Below, in pieces: positions 11,864-23,310 of a stretch of 64,000 nt of DNA. This DNA is from Takakia lepidozioides. Its lineage: Eukaryota > Plantae > Bryophyta. The translations under genes and the position numbers were made by a program. Numbering within the stretch: position 1 is the first letter of the stretch; each line of letters starts with the position of its first letter. The DNA is taken from the NCBI GenBank assembly GCA_030704615.1, contig CM060732.1, positions 82,088,001 through 82,152,000 of the forward strand. Reading direction: 5' to 3'. Below the pieces are notes generated by a model that saw only the letters and a program-made list of their open reading frames with translations, searched no databases and was not told the DNA's origin.

Positions 11864-13069
11864 GTGTCGGAAACGCCCAAATCCGTGGGAGGGCGAATAA
11901 ACCTTCTGTCAGCGAGGGAGTGGGCCGTGGAGGAGGCACACGAACCCCAGTTTTTGCTTTACATTAGAGAAATGAAGGGAGAAGGCGATGGGGAGCCGAG
12001 CCCAGATTGGATCAAGGGGATCTTGGAGAAATACCAGGATGTGATGCCGGAGGATTTACCAAGCGGCCTGCCACCGCGAAGAGGAGTTGACCACAAGATT
12101 GAGGTGATACCGGGATCGGAACCGCCTGCCAAGGCACCCTACCGGTTGAGCCACAGGGAGTTGGTCGAGCTGAAGACTCAGCTCAAGGATCTAATGTCAA
12201 AGGGGTACATCCGGCCGAGTAAGTCACCTTACGGAGCCCCGGTGCTATTCGCAGACAAGAAGGATGGGACGCTGCGGATGTGTGTCGATTACAGGGCTCT
12301 GAATAAGGTGACTATCAAAAACCGGTACCCTTTGCCAAGGATCGACGACCTCTTCGATCGGTTGGCAGGAGCGAAGTATTTCAGCCGGATCGACTTACGC
12401 TCCGGCTATCATCAAATTCGGGTGGCGGAAGGAGATGAGGAGAAGACCGCGTGCAGGACAAGGTATGGTTCATATGAGTTCTTGGTGATGCCTTTTGGGC
12501 TCACTAATGCACCGGCGACCTTTAGCACGCTGATGAACAACCTTTTTCAGGAGTGGTTGGATGACTTTGTGATCGTGTACATCAACGACATCTTGGTGTA
12601 CTCGAAAACAAAGGAGGAACACCTGGAGCACCTCAAAAGGGTGTTCCAAAAGTTGCGAGAAGGGAAGCTGTATGCCAAAGCTTCAAAGTGCGAATTCGGG
12701 GTCACGAAAGTGGAGTTCTTGGGGCATGTCATTACACAGGATGGGATCAAAATGGATGACAGAAAGGTGAGGGCGATCTTGGACTGGGAGCCTCCGACTT
12801 CGGTCCCAGGAGTGCGTTCCTTCCTAGGACTCGCCTCCTATTACCGGAAGTATGTGAGAAATTTCGCCAAGATCGCGGGGCCGCTGTCGGACCTTCTGTG
12901 TAAATCTAAAGTCTGGGCATGGAACACCTTTTGTGGCCAAGCTTTTGCTGAATTGAAGCAGCGGATGGCGGAAGCTCCAGTCTTGAAAATCCCGGAGTTC
13001 GATCGTCCGTTCGAGATACATACAGATGCGTCGGACTTCGCGATTGGGGGTGTACTGATGCAAGATTGA
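11864..13069 (+). pseudogene. pol: Ty3/gypsy reverse transcriptase plus RNase H start (catalytic YxDD reads YIND; in-frame stop)
   Basis: [49 protein letters not shown]. Confidence 0.95.
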
Positions 13070-13075
13070 CGTCCA

Positions 13076-13894
13076 GTGGCTTACGAAAGTAAGAAACTGA
13101 ATGAAGTGGAGCGACAGTGGCCGACGCACGAGAAAGAGATGAAGGCGGTGGTGCACTGTCTTGAGCTCTGGCGCCACTATGTTGGTTCCAACCCAGTGAA
13201 GGTGTTCACGGACAATGTCGCGGTGAAGTATTTTGCCACGCAGCCCAAGTTGTCCCTAAAACAACTTAGGTGGCAAGATACTTTGACGGTGTTCGACGTG
13301 GATATCCAGTACAAACGGGGACGAGACAACGTGGTGGCCGATGCTTTAAGTAGAAAGCAGCAGCTCTTGTTGGTGTACAAGGGCGAGACGGCGCTCCAAA
13401 GGAAGATCCGGAAGGCTTGCCGGAAGGATGAGCTGGCAAAGTCCGTGATGCAGGACTTGAGAGTGGGGGTTAAATCGCAGTTCCACTTGCAAAATGGGTT
13501 GCTCCGGTATAAGCAAAAGCGTCTCTACGTGCCGAAGGGAGGGATCAGAGATAGCCTCTTGAGAGAATGCCATGATAGCCCGCTTGCGGGCCACGGCGGA
13601 GCCAAGCGCACTGCGGCACTCTTGAAGAAAGAGTATTTCTGGCCCAAACTGAGGGAGGAGGTAGAGGAGTATGTCAAGACATGCACCACATGCCAACAAA
13701 ACCGGAGCGAGTACAAAAAGCAAGCGGGGCTGTTACAACCCTTGCCGATTCCAGAGGGGACTTGGGAAAGCGTCTCGATGGATTTCATGACTGCTATGCC
13801 GCTGTCAAAAGGATTCGATGCAATCATGGTGGTGGTGGATAGGTTCAGTAAAATGGGCCATTTCATCCCCACCAAGGAGACGGCAACGGCGCAG
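13076..13894 (+). pseudogene. pol: RNase H C-terminus, integrase H2C2 zinc domain and start of catalytic core (truncated)
   Basis: NVVADALSR; HDSPLAGHGG...CTTCQQ; WESVSMDF; VVVDRFSKMGHF. Confidence 0.93.
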
Positions 13895-14127
13895 CCCAAG
13901 AAACAAATCTGGTACTAGATGTGTATGTTTCTGTATTCATGTGTCGTCTTTTCCATGTAGAATTGCGAATTTGAAGGTTTTGAGGGAGCTCTGAGGGCTC
14001 TGGATGTGCAGCCGAGCAACATTGCGGTAACGCAAGCTAGTATCCCGTTGTTTTGGTTTCACTTTCCTGTACCTGGGGTATCCAATGATGTCGTTTTTTG
14101 CATGTGAAAGGGCAAAAACTGACAGGC

Positions 14128-14782
14128 AAATCAACCTTGCGTCAATGCAAGGTTGATGAAGGGCCAGGCTATGTAGGTTTTCATGTGTTCTTGGGCTGTT
14201 GTTTGCTGTCGTTTCCAGTTCTAATGCTGCCATGATTCTTGGGCTGTCTGTTTGGAGTCTGTTTGAAATGCTGTTTAGAGCTTACACTGTACCAACAAAC
14301 AGCCTTGCGTTGACGCAACGTTGTTTGACGGTATGGATTGCTAGAAATGTCCCGCAGAAATACCCCGATTTCCATACAATTGTAGGAAAGTTAAGGTTAT
14401 CAAATACCATGGACAGGTGTTTCAGTAGAGGAATTCAACCTTGCGTCAACGCAAGGTTGAATCTCCATACCAGCAGATCTTTGGATGCTTGTTTTCAAGC
14501 ACTGTTTTCCATTTCCTCTGTTAATGAAAACAACCTTGTGTTTACGCAATGTTGAATTCCGCTTGTCAATCACTGTCTCTTTCAATGCAACATTATCATA
14601 TGTGTATCCGCCAATCTACTTTGCGTCAACGCAAGGTTGATTGGGGATTCCATGTTGTGCATGCGATGGTTTAGGATAATGGGCTTTCCCTCTCATAAGT
14701 GCTCGTTGAAAGTACAGTTCTCCACATTTGGTATTTTCCATTTCAGCTCGAATCAACATTTCGTCAACGCAAGGATGATTCG
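14128..14782. repeat. Cluster 2 of the same ~28-bp palindrome (about 6 copies)
   Basis: Copies at ~14130, 14301, 14434, 14531, 14619, 14751. Confidence 0.85.
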
Positions 14783-17029
14783 GGCTGGCAAAAGTTAGTT
14801 TCTCAGTGTTACTGACCTGCATTCCAATACCCTTTTTTGTGATGTGTGATCTGTGTCCTGTTCAGATCGAATGACTATCTGGATTTTGGGTGTGTGTGAT
14901 TTAGGTACATGTATCATGTCCTCATACCGGGAAAGTACCTTAGCGATGACCCAGACTTCATCTACTCATGGGCTGACCCCTCCAATGACAAGACAATGTA
15001 CACGGCTGGTATTGCCAGAGACTGGAGCAGGGCGCACTTCAGAGACTGTGGGTAGTACCTCGATCTGCCAAAACAGGACACACCATTCGATGAAGTTGTT
15101 TTGAGAAACCTTAACGACAACGTCGCGGCACTTGCCCAGCTGGCTGACAAAGACATTCAGGACATAATCATTGCTGCTCTGGCTGCAAAAGAGCCTGAGA
15201 GATCTGCTACTCCAAAACGGAAGGGGAAGATTGTCGGGGATCCGAAGGGGAAGAGGAAGAATACAGCTCCGCAGGAACAGGGCCCGTCAGAGGTCGTTGA
15301 AAGACAACCTTCTCCAACTAGGAGGGATAGGAGAACAACAAAGTCGAGGGAGCAGCCTTTCGAGGCGAGAGAACATCCATCCAGGGTTTTGGGCCAGTTC
15401 CATCGTAAGGTGGTGAATGAAAGTTTTCTGGCAATGATGGAATCCAGGAAGTCCACATTCAAAGGGGTACCCTCGAAATCATGGGACATGCTTGTTTCGT
15501 TCCTCACTCAGGTAAGCACATATGTCTTAACTGTGGTATGAATAATTTTGTTTTGGCAACTCATTCTGGCTTGTCAACGGGATTGATTTCGTGTTGGATT
15601 TGGATTGGGCTTGTGACACTGTCTCTTGTTTTTTGCTGTAGGTCACAAAAAGGCCAGATTGGGTGAATGGAGTTCAGCAGGCATACGCGACTGACCTTGT
15701 GGTGATGGACATTCCTGACGGTTTTCCTGTCCCTGATGTGTTGCCTTCCAATTCAACCCCCACTTGGAACAAATCGGATTCTCGTTACTAGCAGTGGGCT
15801 TTCTCATTCAGCAACAAATTCCTTTCTGACTCGGGGGCTCTTCTTCTCATGCAGTCAAACACTACAACAAATTACGGCTTTTACGTCTCTGTGTTATGAC
15901 TGCAAATGCAGTCATGGAAGCCATTTACGACTTCCTGACTCTGCAGACGTAAAGACCTAGTTAGTTGTGACATGGCAGATATGACTCTCCAGGCTGGCTG
16001 TCACGTGGCGCCAGAGCAGCTGTGGGGGTAGTCATACACGCTGGCTTTACTGAATGACTGAACGGACAGTGTAGTCCATGTCAGCGGCTGTGCAAGAGTG
16101 GCACTTGCTCGATGCAGGAAATGACACGTGGCAGAGTGTTTTAGCTCTCCATGACTGCGAACTATGACTACGGGTGTGCTAATCCGGTTGCAACACGTGG
16201 CGCGTTTCAGTTTTTACACGTGGTCCATTAGCAGATTGACATGTGTCATGATGGGTTTTGGGGTGTATTGCTATTTTTTTTACATATTTGTATTTCTGCC
16301 ACGTGGTGTAGTACTATTGGAGAGTGAAAATAGATGTAGTCATTATTATGACTATGATAGCAGTCATGTACATGTCTATTACAACAATGAAATATAATAT
16401 ATAATACAAAGAGAACAAGGCAGCAAGACATAACTGCAACAAGCTGAGCAAAACCAAGAGATTGCATACCATCTCTATTTACCAATCTATTTATCATTAT
16501 CATTTTTGTTTCGATCTAAAAATACATTAAATAGTCGCATGTTCTCATGTGAATTATTTTGTCTAACTATAAAAGTGTTCACCCAGAATCTTCTAACTAC
16601 TCATGTATTCCATCAATCTGCAACCCATAAAAAACGGCTTGCATGGCTTTAAGAATTACTACAGCAAGGACATTTGTTTGTTTTCCAAGTTCTTGCATAA
16701 GATGCACCAACCAATATTGCATTGTGAGACACTCACTCGCTATACCAAGGCGTCCAGGGAAGGTCACTGAGCAACCTGCCAAGGCGGAAACAATTAAGAG
16801 AATTATCTAATACCATATATGAAAAACCAATGCCAGTGTTGTTTATGGTAACTTCTATCCCATGTCCTAAACAAACCAAAGCAAAAAGGTTGGTGTGTAT
16901 TGGCGAAGTCGTCAGATACTTCACAAAGAAACATGCACTAAAAATGAAACCCAAGATGATAGGAAGGTCACTCACGTTTATACAAAGACATCTTGCCCAT
17001 TGCCCAGCACCCTGCGTCACCCACACTCT

Positions 17030-17750
17030 ATCTCTATTCCTTCAGCTATCCATGCCTCTGCACAAATCAAGCATTCAACCTTGCCTTGCTGCTAGCAGCT
17101 GACAATGACAGCCTACATTTGTTCTAGGAAACACCCAACTCAGCGTAGCACACTAGTTCCTATGCTGAATTGCGTCTGCTACTCTCTGAAATGTAGCAGG
17201 CATTCACCTTTCTGCCCCGGTTGACCCATCAGTGACTGGGCTCAGATAAGTATTCATTCCACAGCTTCTCCTCATCTCTGTTACCTATTTTTTGACACTT
17301 TCCTGTTGTCACATTGGCAGTATCATGTCAAAGTCATTCCAAACTAGATTCACTCAACCAGCTAACTTGCAGAATTGAACATGTAAATTTAGGGCCAATT
17401 CTGATAAGAGGGAAAAACAGGGTGAAATGTGTTGAAGAAGATGCCTTCATTAGCAGTGCCTGATTTTATCACTTGTGCCGCTGCTCCCAGTTGACCATCT
17501 ACCCATGCAGGTTTCTTGTAGCTATTGATCCACAGGGAATCACAGGTAATCTTGTGCTTGAAATCTGGCCTTCTTGGATGAATCTGGACCCACACGAAAT
17601 CCCTGCTCCTTCAGCTATCCATGCCTCTGCACAAATCATGCATACATCCTCGCCTTGCTGCTAGCAGCTGACAATGACAGCCTAGAATTGTCAAAGCAAA
17701 CACTAGCAGGGAAAACAGGGTGAAATATGTTGAAGAAGGTACCTTCATCC
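17030..17750 (-). pseudogene. OSB-type PDF-motif fragments inside CACTA copy A
   Basis: IHPRRPDFKHKITCDSLWINSYKKPAWVDGQL and EEKLWNEYLSEPSH.WVNRGRK followed by a GT donor. Confidence 0.8.
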
Positions 17751-17759
17751 TTTTCTCCA

Positions 17760-18230
17760 TCATTTGCTTTCAGGTGTCCAAAGCCCAATCCCGCGCTCCT
17801 GCTCTGCACACCCTTCAAGCATCGCATTCCACGACACCACATCTAGTTCAGCCATAGTGTTGAACACTCCCTTGGCATCATCAATGCTCCCACATTTAGC
17901 ATACATGGCCACCAGAGCCATGTTCAGGATGACATCTAGTACAATTGCAGATTTGATGATGTCACCAGGGATCTCTTTGCCCTTTTCCAGGGCTGCAGAC
18001 GCACTGCAAACGCACACAAACGTTATGTCGGCGGCCTTCACCCCTTCCCCCATCATTTTCTCAAAGGTTGGAGCCTCCATCCCGCACCCCAGCTGTGCAT
18101 ACCCAGCAAGCATCGCACTCCCCGACACCACATCTCGTTCAGCCACAGTGTTGAACACTCCCTTTGCTTCCTCAATGCACCCACAATTGGCGTACATGTC
18201 CACCAGGGCAGGGGCAGTGTTCAAAAGGAC
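17760..18230 (-). pseudogene. PPR (PLS-class) fragment inside CACTA copy A
   Basis: ALVDMYANCGCIEEAKGVFNTVAERDVVS...ALVAMYAKCGSIDDAKGVFNTMAELDVVSWNAML. Confidence 0.92.
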
Positions 18231-19039
18231 ATGTGGTAATTTGACAGGCATTCACCTCCTGACTTGGCTATTCCCAACCCATCCTGCCATTGGCAAGAGA
18301 TTCCACATAAACTGATAGTTGTCTGTTTGACTGTATAACTATGTATCTCTTGCTTTCTTACAGCTTGTACTTTGACACGCGTAATGCTCTTGTTGTGTTG
18401 AATCATTTCACGCCTTCAGGTTTCAGAACAAACATTACCATCTTTCTTATCAGACATGTGCACCAAGACAGAATCTCACCAAAAGATTGTTGGTGTTCAA
18501 CAGTACCATACATGAAGATAACTAGCACCAAAAGGGAATATGAAGCTTATTCTGCTCTCCACTGGTATTAACTTGCACCAAGACTTTCAATGGCTGTCTT
18601 CCAGTCCACCCACGGCCCGCTGTAAATGGCTTGCAACCTACAGATTTTCAAGAGAGCTGATTACCATCAAAATTTCAAAACTGGCTTTACAAACCTAATA
18701 ATTCAAGCATAATCAGCATTCAAGCTAAGGAAGCTTTACAAGCATTGTGTTGCGAGTAAAGCCTTGGCAATGTCACCAGGAAATCCCTGGCTGAATGGAT
18801 GACACTGAAATAATGGAGCTTGAAATCCGGCCCTCTTGGACAAATTTGGGCCCACACTCTATCCCTGCTCCTTCAGCTATCTATGCCTCTGCACAAAATC
18901 CTTCAGCTATCTATGCATACATCCTTGCCTTCCTGCTAGCAGCTGACAATGACAGCCTAGAATTGTTCCAGCAAACACCCCCAACCCTACTTATCAACGA
19001 GCAATGAGCTAACTTACAAAATTCAATATGCATCTCAGG

Positions 19040-19960
19040 GCGTCTGATGAGAGGGCAAAACATGCTGAAATAGGTCGAAGAAGAAGGTGCCCTCACCACA
19101 CTGTCCTTGACCTTGTGTCATGACCCATGGAGGATTTGACCTTGTGTGTGATGCTTGTGTCTGTAGTCAGGTAATGTCGGATTGGTCAGTGAGAACCTGC
19201 ACCACGGTGCAGCTGAGCAGGCAGACATTGAAACACGGTCTGCTAAGACCAAGCTGACTCTCCCAAGAACCTTGTAAACATCAGGAAGAATATCAAATCA
19301 TGGTACTAACATGAGCCAACAACCCACATTTGCAGGATGGACAAAATTCTGCACATCGTACATTAAAAAAAAACCACACCTTGCGATTGCGGTCGCACCC
19401 TCGTGAAGGATCTTAAAAAAACTCATGCCAGCTCTGCTCCATGATTCAAATTCAGGGCCGAGTCTGATGAGAGGGCAAAATAGGCTGAAATAGGTCGAAG
19501 AAGAAGGTGCCCTCACCACATTGTCCTCGACCTTGTGTCATGACCCATGGAGGATTTGACTGAACATGAACCCAAGATGACCTCTAGTGTGTGCTGCTTG
19601 TGTCTGTAGTTAGGTAATGTCGGATTGGTCAGTGAGAACCACCACGGTGCAGCTGAGTGGGCAGAGATTGAAACACGGCCTACTAAGACCAAGCTAACTC
19701 TCCCAAGAACCTTGTAAACATTAGGAAGAATACCAAATCATGGTACTAACAGGAGAGCCAACCCACATTTGCAGGATGGACAAACTTCTTCACATCGTAC
19801 ATTAAGAAAAAGCCACACCTTGCGATTGCGGTTGTCCCACCATCGTGAAGGATCTTTTAGAACTCATGCCAGCTATGCTCCGTGCTGTAAAATCAGGGCC
19901 GAGCGGGTAGAGATTGAAACACGGCCTGCTAAGACGAAGCTGACTCTCCCAAGAACGGCG
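19040..19960 (-). repeat. ~420-bp tandem units with a second PDF-type exon (KDPSRWWDNRNRK|GT) inside CACTA copy A
   Basis: About 2.3 units; reverse-complement homologous to 45520-46430; a partial copy lies at 6270-6570. Confidence 0.75.
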
Positions 19961-22614
19961 GGCTCCCAGCCGAAACCTCCTTGCACACATACCCTAGCGT
20001 TTCTAGGGTTGCTTGCTTCAGATGCGAAGGTTGATCCAACTACGGGCCTCCCATGCATGTTTGCCCTCTCTCCCGCTCGCTCGCTCTAAGTCCCAACCCT
20101 CTCTCTCTCCCTCCCTCCCTCCCGCTCGCTCTAAGTCTGTTCACGCTACCGTGATGGGCAACTTTTTAAGTTTTTTAACCTTTTTGTAAACCCTAAAAGC
20201 CCCTTTTTGATTTTCTTTTTCTTTTTCTTTTTCTTAAAGGAAACCACAAGCCCTTGAGGAGGGGGAAAATTCACCCGCCTTCATTTATGGGCCATAAGAC
20301 CTACAGGACGATCAACGTCAAGACATACCGTCTCGAACAATCCCACACACGGGATAAGGGCAGCGGGTTTGAACCCCAAACCACAAGGGCGACACACTGT
20401 GCACTTACCAGCCGATGTGATTTTTTTTTAATCTTTGTTTTTTTTGGGTTTTTTTTAATTCATTCTAGTTGGTAAGAGTCTCCGTTTTTTTAAGATATAA
20501 ATACTCATATATTATATATATAACCAGAAAAGCATGTGTCGACACGTGTAGTCATGTAGTGATTCATCCATGTGATGATCTGGCATAATGCATTAGAGTG
20601 AGAGTCATGAAGTCATATGTCTGTCTTGCAATATGCACACGTCATTCCAGTATAGCCATGACCGTGACTGGTAGTCATATCTGCCATGCCAATATTCGTG
20701 GTCAAACATGGTTGACCTGTGTTGTGCAGAGTCCGAAGCCATGCAGTCGCATATACGCCTTCTCCAGACCTGCATTATGACTTCAAAAGCATTTTACGAC
20801 TGCAAATGACATTTCTGCCACAAATCTGTCATGACTGCGCACCCATGGGAGTCATAAAAGCCGCAATCTGTTGTAGTGAAAGGACATGTCGGCACGGAGA
20901 ACTCTTTTCAGCTACATGAAAGCTTCCAGGTTTCGTGTCATCAAAACTTGGACATGCATCAACACTCTGCCTCTTACGAAGGGCGAGTTCCCGGGGCAGA
21001 AAGTGAGTTGGTTCCTTTGAATTAAAATTTCGTGGTTCTTCAGTAAATGTCAAAAGTAGGTTATGTCTTTTGCCTCATGCTCTCTTCGGGTTTTTTGACA
21101 GACTTGGGTGTTCGAAGCTTTGTGCTTGGTGAGGGTGCGGAAGGATACTCTTCCTCCTGATATTGCTGAGTTCCAGTTGAGGGACCTTGCAGCTCACATT
21201 GACCCCACCTGCGAGCCTGTGGAGGATGATGTAATCTTCAATTACGTGGACTCGGGTCGAACTACGAAAAGGTCGACTGGTGTCCCTTGGAGAGGTGCCC
21301 GGGAGAAATCCCCAGCTTTCATGCAGACTTTGGTGGAGACATGCAGCCATCACGGTGGACGAGTGGTTGACTTGTCTATTGGCACAGGTGGGGCCCTAAA
21401 CACTGTATTTGAAATATGGGCAGTGAGCTTAGGGAAGCCCTGTTTTAATTTCTCGTTCGTCTTGGATTTGTAGGAGCATCTTTTCATGCGTGCAAAAGCG
21501 CCGGATGTTGATACGGCATGGAGGCTGATACGGAGCTCTTCTCAAGCGAGCTTCATCAGCTTGAGTCGGGCACTACTTGTGCCCCATCCACGGAAGGACT
21601 TCTGGAGGAGCCCGAAGCACCTGACGAGGATCTCGATGTGGACTCCGATTTTGAGTGTGAGTAAGTTCGGCTCTTGTTGTGCAAAATATGTTGCATTTCC
21701 TTGTGTCATTCCCGTTCGACAGATGGTTGCTTACATTGTCTATTTCTGGATGGTAACATTACCACCATTCCTCTTCTTGCTTTCCAGAGTTCGGCACCAG
21801 TCATCGAATCAGCAGACACCTTTCGGTTTCCAAGGATACTACATGTCCTCGAGTCCCCCTAGAGCTTACCGCTTGCTAGTTTACGCGGAAGCTTGCGCAC
21901 GGGTGTTGTCCCAACAAACAATGTATTCGTCTCTCCATGGGGGTCGCGGAAAAAAAAAAACGTCGCGGATGGGCTGCTGTGTTCATAGATGATATTGCTG
22001 CAGACTCTGGAAGTGTTTCCTCTGAAACCTCCAATAGTTCTTGAGGTTCAAGTACCGAGACTTAATATAATGTGTTTTGGTTTTGCTTCCATCCCCAAAC
22101 TGTTTTTCAAGTTCTTCGCGCGTTCCCGTAAGTACAGTTAGGGATTGCCTGGGGTAGGTCTTCAGATTCCGGCATTGAAAAATGTTTGTGGGTTGGAATG
22201 AATGAACTATTTTGCGAAAAAAGGGTTTGCTGTTAATATTCAATTCTCTAGCGGACGATCTCCTCATTCCAAAATCATGTCCTCAATCCTAAACCATCCA
22301 CAAACCTACCATTGTTCTCGGCCGGAAAGAATATTCATGTGGGGCGATGAAGAGGGATAAAAAAATAAGGACATAGGCGACAACCGATCCGCGGTAATAG
22401 GGGGGGGGGGGGGGGGGGGGGGGGGCACGGAATTAGGGCCTGCACACGTACGTGGCGTGAGCCTAGCCAGGCTCACAGGATCACAGGCTCACGCGCAAGC
22501 ATTCCCCCTGCAACATCGCCTGTCCATCTTTAGTTACAACACTCCGGCATCTGTGCCCATCCCGTGAACCCGTGGGCCTAGCGAATGCACTTTTGGCAGG
22601 TTCCCACGTAGATA

Positions 22615-23310
22615 CCCTGAAAGTAGTGTGTGGTACCGCACACTAGTTTCAGGGCATCTGCGGTGCACGTTTTTTTTGCAGCTGCCCATCCCACACACGG
22701 TTTTTAATATTTTTCGTTCCTACGCATATGCCCTGAAAACAGTGTGCGGTGCCGCACACTATTTTCAGGGCATCTGTGGTGCACATTTTTTTTGCAGATG
22801 CACATCCCACACACGTTTTTTTGTTTTTTTTTTTCGTTTTTTCGTTCCTTGGCATATGCCCGGAAAACAGTGTGCGGCACCGCACACTGTTTCAGGGCAT
22901 CTGTGGAGCATGTTTTCTCTGCAAATGCCCATCCCACACAAGATTTTTATTTATTATTTATTTATAATCCGTTCCCTGGCAGATGCCCGGAAAACAGTGT
23001 GCGGCACCGCACACTGTTTCAGGGCATTTGCGGAGCATGTTTTCTCTGCAGATGCCCATCCCACACAAGGTTTTTTTTTTGGTTTTTTCATTTTTTCGTT
23101 CTCTCTCGCGCCCTGAAACAGTGTGCGGTGCCGCACACTGTTTCAGGGCATCTGCGGAGCATGTTTTCTCTGCAGATGCCCATCCCACACAAGTTTTTTT
23201 TTTTTTTTTTTTTTCCCGTTCCCTCGCGGATGCCCAGAAAACAGTGTGCGATGCCGCATACTGTTGTCAGGGCATTTGCGGAGCACGTTTTCTCTGCATA
23301 TCCCACAGAC
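22615..23310. repeat. Tandem array of six ~120-bp units, each with two hairpins and a poly-T linker
   Basis: GAAAACAGTGTGCGG-CA-CCGCACACTGTTTC followed by GGGCATCTGCGGAG...CTCTGCAGATGCCC; units start at ~22616, 22732, 22859, 22987, 23111, 23233. Confidence 0.9.

Larger units (their letters stand above)
10283..13894 (+). mobile_element. Ty3/gypsy LTR-retrotransposon internal fragment (gag-PR-RT-RH-partial INT); no LTRs seen
   Basis: Domain order gag, PR, RT, RH, INT; the integrase stops at KETATAQ. Confidence 0.9.
15860..20878. mobile_element. Non-autonomous CACTA (En/Spm) element copy A, 5019 bp, TSD AAA
   Basis: TIRs CACTACAACAAATTACGGCTTTTA... and ...TAAAAGCCGCAATCTGTTGTAGTG. AAA at 15857-15859 and 20879-20881. 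CATGAC/GTCATG-rich subtermini. No transposase. Confidence 0.95.
14905..21660 (+). pseudogene. Spliced beta-class amino-DNA methyltransferase (N6A/N4C, N6_N4_Mtase-like) gene, split by a CACTA insertion; exons ~14905-15511, 15642-15859+20882-21002, 21102-21387, 21474-~21660
   Basis: Motif IV-like DLVVMDIPDG (15693-15722), KFLSDSGALLL, then PWRGAREKSPAFMQTLVETCSHHGGRVVDLSIGTG|ASFHACKSAGC*YGMEAD (motifs X-I-II). GT-AG introns keep the frame, and removing 15860-20881 restores it (MQSK|DMSARR). Confidence 0.7.

Noticed and set aside
22400-22425. 26-nt poly-G run as a functional G-quadruplex
   Set aside because: Homopolymer length is unreliable and there is no supporting context.
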